The notes beneath the pieces were generated by a model. The model made no database searches. It was not told the origin of the DNA and was given only the letters and a program-made list of their open reading frames with translations. From Blastocladiella emersonii ATCC 22665 (lineage: Eukaryota > Fungi > Blastocladiomycota): DNA of 64,000 nt. Positions 58,636 to 64,000 of this stretch are shown here, one piece after another. The first letter of the stretch is position 1. Each line of letters starts with the position of its first letter. The stretch lies in assembly GCA_025594325.1 (NCBI GenBank), contig JANHCV010000011.1, forward strand, positions 806,001-870,000, read 5' to 3'. The translations under genes were made by a program, and so were the position numbers.

Positions 58636-61225
58636 TCACGCGCGCCGCGACACGGTGCTGTTGGGCCCGTACATGCCGCCCTCCGCCGCGGCCGCGACGG
58701 CGCGCGCGACGGACGTCGACGGGAACAGCGACACGGACTGGGCCTCGGGGCTCGACACGTGGCGGATGCCCAGCGCCGACAGCGTCGGGAGCTGCGGGAC
58801 CGCCGCGGGCATGGCGACGGCGCTCGGCGCCGCGTCCTCGGGGTACACGGATTCGGGGAACACCGAGGGCTCAGGGTACACTGACGCCGCCTCGGGGTAC
58901 ACGGACGAGTCGTCGGACCCGGACCGCGCCATGGTGCTCGGCGGCATCCCGGCGGCCGCCGTCGTGCTGCGCGCCATCGTCGTGGTGGCCCCGCGCGCCA
59001 TGGTCGTCGCCCCCGCGTCGACCTCGGATGCCGCGCCGCCGACCTCGGACGCAGGCAGCCGCAGCGCGCCCGCCGCCGCGAGCGCCGCGGGCTCCGTCAG
59101 GGCGCCGTACACGGACATGGCGCGGTACGGCGCGAGCGGTTTGGGCGCGAGCGGGTCGACGAACGGGGCGCCCGTTCCGGGGTCGACCGCCAGCGCCGCG
59201 TGCATGTCACGCCCGAGGGAGCTCGGCAGCGAGCTGTCGGGCGGCGGGAGCCCGAACGCGCCGTCGGGCCCGAGCGGCTGCACGGTCATGGCGAAGGCGG
59301 GCGGCGGCGGCGGCGCGATGAACACGGGCGCGGGTTTCGTGGTCGACCCGCCGCTGATGGACGAGGTCACGGGCGACGCCGAGTAGTGCACCGGCATCGC
59401 GTGCCCGACGCCGCTCGTGTAGCTCATAACGCGCTGGTGCTGTGAGAGAGCCGGCTGCGGCGCGGGCGTCGTCGACATGCCGCCCGACGCCCCGCTGCGC
59501 GCGAACTTGATGGTCGCGATCCGCATGCTGATCTGCCGCGACAGGCCTGACGCGAAGGTCGGCGAAGGGGGGACCGAGTCAGGGCCTTTGCGCGCGACCG
59601 TGCGGCGGCGGAAGATGAGGAACGCGAAGAGGGCCTGGATCGCGACGAGGGATAAGTTTCGAGCTTAAGTGATGGCGACGCACGGTTCAAGCGTACCACG
59701 AGACCGACGGCGACCGAGATGCCGAAGATGACGAAGCCCGACAGGCTCAGCGAGGTCGTCTCGGGGACTGGTGTGGGCCCAATGATGCCCGAGTGGCCCG
59801 GCGGAATGTACGTGTTCAGCCTGCGCACGGGGACGTTAGCCGCAGGCCATGGGCAGCAGAGTGCAGGAGATGACGTACCACTTGAACGCGAGCGAGCCGG
59901 GCGCCGTCTCGGTGATCTGGAGCACGTTGAGCGGGTTCGCTTGGCGGCCGTTTGGAAGCGTTCCCTACAGCGGCGGCGATGTCCAGTGAGCGAAGGCCGA
60001 CAGCACGAGGTGACGATGAGCACGACGTACGTTGGCAAGCACAAAGAGGTTGTCCTTGTTGAGGAACACGAGGTGCTCGTTCACGCTCGTCGGGCCGGGC
60101 ACTGACCCGTCGACCAGGACGGGTCCCGAGGTGCCGCCCTGCTCGAGGTCCATGACCTCGATGAGCGGGTTAGCGCCGACGTTGATGACGTAGCGGCGGC
60201 CCGATGGCGCCAGGTACGAGGCCGACTGGTGGAAGGTCTGCGGGCTCGAGAGGGGCTTGGGGAACTATGGCGCGGTCGCATCAGTGATCCCATCACGAGA
60301 AATGCGAGGTAGCCCGACGAACGAACCTTCGACCAGGTGTTCTTGGGAATGTTGAAGAGCCAAATGTCCGACAACGGCGAGGCGCCGGTCCCGCCCGACA
60401 GGACGAGGTGCGTCTGGTTGTACCGGATGAGCGACCCGCCGTACCGTGCCGACGGCGCCGGGCCGCTGCTCGGGTTGACCGTGTTGATGTTGCCCGACTA
60501 GACGGACCGCGGCGGTCAGAACCATGGTTCGCACCGCATCCCGAGGTAGACGATCACCGTACCTTGTCGATAACCCGAAGCGCCTGCGTCAGGTTATTGC
60601 CCTGCTTGGGGAGGAACCCGCCAAAGCAGTACGCGGCGGGGTCCGACGGCAGCGGGTTCTCGGTGAAGATGCTGCTGAGCGGGACGGCCGCGGCGCTGCG
60701 TGCCGGGCTGCGGAAGTCGGCCGTCGACTTCTTGAGCTCCACCACCGATCCGGCCGGTAGGCTGTACGCCCACACGTTGGTGTTGGGCGGGAACTCGGAG
60801 TTGGTGCCGCCGCCGCCCGAGTTGTCGTTGACCCAGCCCGACGCCAGCACCGTGCTCCACTCGGTCCCGCCGGGTTGGTCCGGGTACAGGTTCGGGATGA
60901 GCCACGACGCCGCGAGCGGGAGCGACGCAATCGTCTGCACGTTCGGGGCGTCGACGGGGAACGGCTGCGACAGGTCGAGCACGACGCTCGACGCGATGGG
61001 CCCGCGGCTGTCGAACCCGCCGAACAGGTAGAGCCGCTGCTGCGACGGAATGAACGAGGCCGCGGCCGTCACGACACCGCGCGCGTACGGCTCCATCCAC
61101 CCGGCGCGGGTCGGAGCTACGGCGGTCGCCAGGATGACCAGCATGGCCATGGTGACGGCGGGGACGGCGGGGGCGCGGGCGGGACGGCGGCCGTCGCTGC
61201 CCACCATGGTCGGTCGGTAACGCAT
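58636..61225 (-). CDS. Kelch-repeat single-pass membrane protein (signal peptide, beta-propeller, TM, disordered tail), multi-exon; start approximate
   Basis: MAMLVILATAVAPTRAG; RLYLFGGFD; YCFGGFL; DIWLFNIPKNTWSKV; TM ...LAILALFAFLIFRRR. Confidence 0.75.
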
Positions 61226-61714
61226 TTCGCGACGTGATGGGAAGATGGTTGACGAGAGTTTTGACGAAGGAGAGCAGAAGGTCGACGACCCGCGAACGAA
61301 GCGACGGCCCAGTCAAAGTCGCGGTGAAGAGGAAATGCAATTCATCCGTTCATATCGAGAGTGGCTGAGGTGGCGTTGCGCGCTAAGCCACCACCTCGCT
61401 GTTGCCTTGGGCGGCGCGTAGACCGCAGCACAGCGTGTGCGGCGCGTTTTTCATTAGAGGTACGCTGTGGGCGTGGTCGACGCCAGAGACCACGGTGGAC
61501 TCAAAGGTGGCGCGCCGGGACTACGTCTAGGCTCTCGTCCGCCGCTTCTCGGAGTTCTCGGTGCGCGAACCCGTGTTGCCTGCGGTAGCAACGGTGGCCG
61601 AGCACCAAGGAAAATCGTTTGGCAACACGGACTTGACGTCCTACTCTCGCGCGGTGGGATTCTATATGCCCGGACATGAAGCGGCCCTTGACGCCAAATC
61701 CGAGCACGGCGACT

Positions 61715-61764
61715 CAATGCCGTCGTTCACATCTGCAATGCCGTCGTTCACATCTGCAATGCCG
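61715..61764 (+). repeat. 21-bp tandem repeat CAATGCCGTCGTTCACATCTG x2.4
   Basis: Two exact units plus CAATGCCG. Confidence 0.9.
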
Positions 61765-64000
61765 AAGGGCGAGTGGTCGGCGCGAGCCAGCCTGAGCTTG
61801 CAGAGCGTCATGAACCCGGCCGCGCGCTGCCGAACTTTCAGCACGTCGTCGCACCCGCAGCGACGCTTTGCTTCGGCGGCGACGATTCGATCGACCCAGG
61901 GTGTGGCGAGCCGTCAGAGGACTCCGCTGAGGTTCACAGGGATGCGCAGAGCGACGCGTTGAAACACGGCGAGGGAAAGCGCGTCGCGCCTCACGTGAGT
62001 GCTCACGCGATTTCGCGACGCGTCTCCTCGACGTCTCCACCCTTCGTGACTCCCGCGGTCGAGCCCGAACGCGCGCGCAGTCAAGAACGTCTGTCGAAAG
62101 GAGGAAAAATGTCACCAAAATGCCGGCGAAAATAGCAAAAGGTCAGCAGGCGTTTGCATCTCTGCGGGCAGGTGGGCTTTCCCACGAGATACACGGGTCG
62201 GTCACAGGGGCACGCTGCCAAATGATAGATTCTCCTCGTTCGACCGAAGTCGACCTGGCCCGAACAACTCCGTGCACGTATCGTAGTACTAACCCCTCCC
62301 GCCGGCTCCGCTCACACCTCGCCGAATGTGGGTGCAAGACTCGCACAAAGTCGACCAGATCTCAACCGCTTTCAGGTTCAGTACTCCCGCTTCGCGCATG
62401 AATAACTACCGAAAAGGCTTAAATGGGCTTTGTGCACAATCATCCCGGCCAGCTTCCTCACAAGGAGGCATAGTTGCACGGCAATCAGGTACGACTGCCG
62501 CGATCGCTCTTGGCCAAACGGGCTGGTACCGCGGTGACGGGCGCCTTGAGCGTTGGGGATCCGAGATCCCCGAGAGCTCGAGGTTGGTCGCGTACGCCAG
62601 GTGCTCAAAGCGTTACACGAGGCGCGTGTGGGTCGCAGCCACGAACGCGACGAACCAGCAAGTTGTGGCACAACGCGCAGATCTCGAGTTACACGACGGC
62701 GAGCCACAGTCGCGCGTTGCCGAGCTGCACGCCGCGCGTCGCGAGCTGAAACACAGCCCACGTCTCGAGCTTGACGTGCGAGGCGACCGTGCCGAGCGGA
62801 ATGTAAATACTCGATCGGCGGACGCCGCGAGTGCCGCGACAGCGCGACTGATCCCCTGCACACGATGCTTGCCGTTGCCTTGGGTTAAATGCCTGTCAAT
62901 ACCGCGGATGGCGCGGAGCATGATATGACACTCGAATCAGTGTGAATTTCCGGTGCTGGGCGCCGCCGCGACGTTGGAGTTTGGATCAACTTTCTTCGTC
63001 AGAAGCGTTTCCAGAGGTTGCGAGACGACACCTTCACCATCAACACCAAGGTGCAACGCGGACGCTTCGCAGACAATCTCGGAGCAAGACGGTACGGCCC
63101 TGCTTGATCGCGCGGAATCAGTGCCTAAGCTGCGCGACAACTTGGACGTTGACCTCATTGACTGCGCTCAGCACGGATCATTGACGCAGGACGCCATCCA
63201 CGCGCGTAACTTCGATTACATGCAAGTATGACTCCCAGAGACATGTTGTTGGGGAGTAGAGGCGCGTGAAAGGCGTCCGTGAGGCTGAGCGTAGGTCGCG
63301 GCTGGGTTGACTTCAGCGTCGCAGGACCGCAAGAATGCGCCCACGCGCCATTTAATCCCACGTGAAACCCGGCAGAGGGCAATTGTTCGCGTCCTGTGAC
63401 GCTGATCTCGCGCCTAGATTCGCGCTTGATGAAAGACTCGGCACGCGTCGCGTCGCGTCGCGCGTCGCGCCTTTGATGGGGGCGGTGATTTGGCCCACGT
63501 GCGGACAGCCAATGGGCGGCGCGCAGTTATGCCGGCAAGCCACAGCCACAGGCGGCCGGGTGGCGCAAGGCCCCAGGCGCCTGTGCGCCCGCTCGCCGTC
63601 GATGCGCATCTCAGCCTCGGCTTGGAGCACAGCGAGGAGCCCGCCTGACGCTCTCCTCCAACTCGAACGTTCCTCGAGCTGATATAGAGTCAGCGTCTCC
63701 GCATCCCCGCAGCAGCAGCACGCACAGCTACAGCGACCGCACCGAAGCGCCCATCAAGAACCCCGCACGGGCGACCCGAGGAGGCCCCGTTCCGTCCACC
63801 ACCCGCTTGCTCCGCCCGCTTGCTCCGCCGCCCCGAGTGCCCGCGTGGGCCCACAGTCTGGGTCCTGCCACTCGTTTGACCTCGTTCCTGGGTCCTTGGC
63901 CGTTGAAATCACGCAAGCGTGCATCCGCTTTCGCCACAGCCGCCGCCCCGCAACCCCCTCCCCCGTCCTCGCCATGGATCGCCTCTCCTCTCCCCACCCG

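Noticed and set aside
61715-61764. CRISPR-like array
   Set aside because: The units are adjacent with no spacers, there are only 2.4 copies, and the context is eukaryotic.
63974-64000. Possible gene start ATGGATCGCC... at the window edge
   Set aside because: Only 9 codons are visible, so it cannot be supported.

Overview
GC-rich, gene-dense eukaryotic DNA with short GT-AG introns. It is most consistent with an early-diverging (zoosporic, chytrid/blastoclad-like) fungus; this taxonomy is inferred from gene content, not proven. About 22 host genes are recognisable by motif, including an ADAM protease, MAPK phosphatase, DOT1, Spc105/KNL1, ESF1, SF3A2, GH20 hexosaminidase, Ras-like GTPase, a 3x dsRBD protein, COX20, SEC15, METTL5, a C2H2 transcription factor, GPATCH4-like, eIF2B-epsilon, CSN7, LanCL, FAM227-like and a Kelch-TM protein. 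The standout locus is 42.9-49.6 kb. Two apparently identical 1,703-bp inverted arms each carry a complete subtilisin (S8A) gene. They enclose a 3.15-kb spacer holding a near full-length Fanzor1 (eukaryotic TnpB/Cas12-like RNA-guided nuclease) gene. The six-frame track splits this gene into fragments because of 2 in-frame stops and 1 frameshift, but all three RuvC acidic residues and the Zn finger are intact. A hairpin cluster follows where an omegaRNA scaffold is expected. All assignments come from reading motifs by eye; no database search or folding was run.
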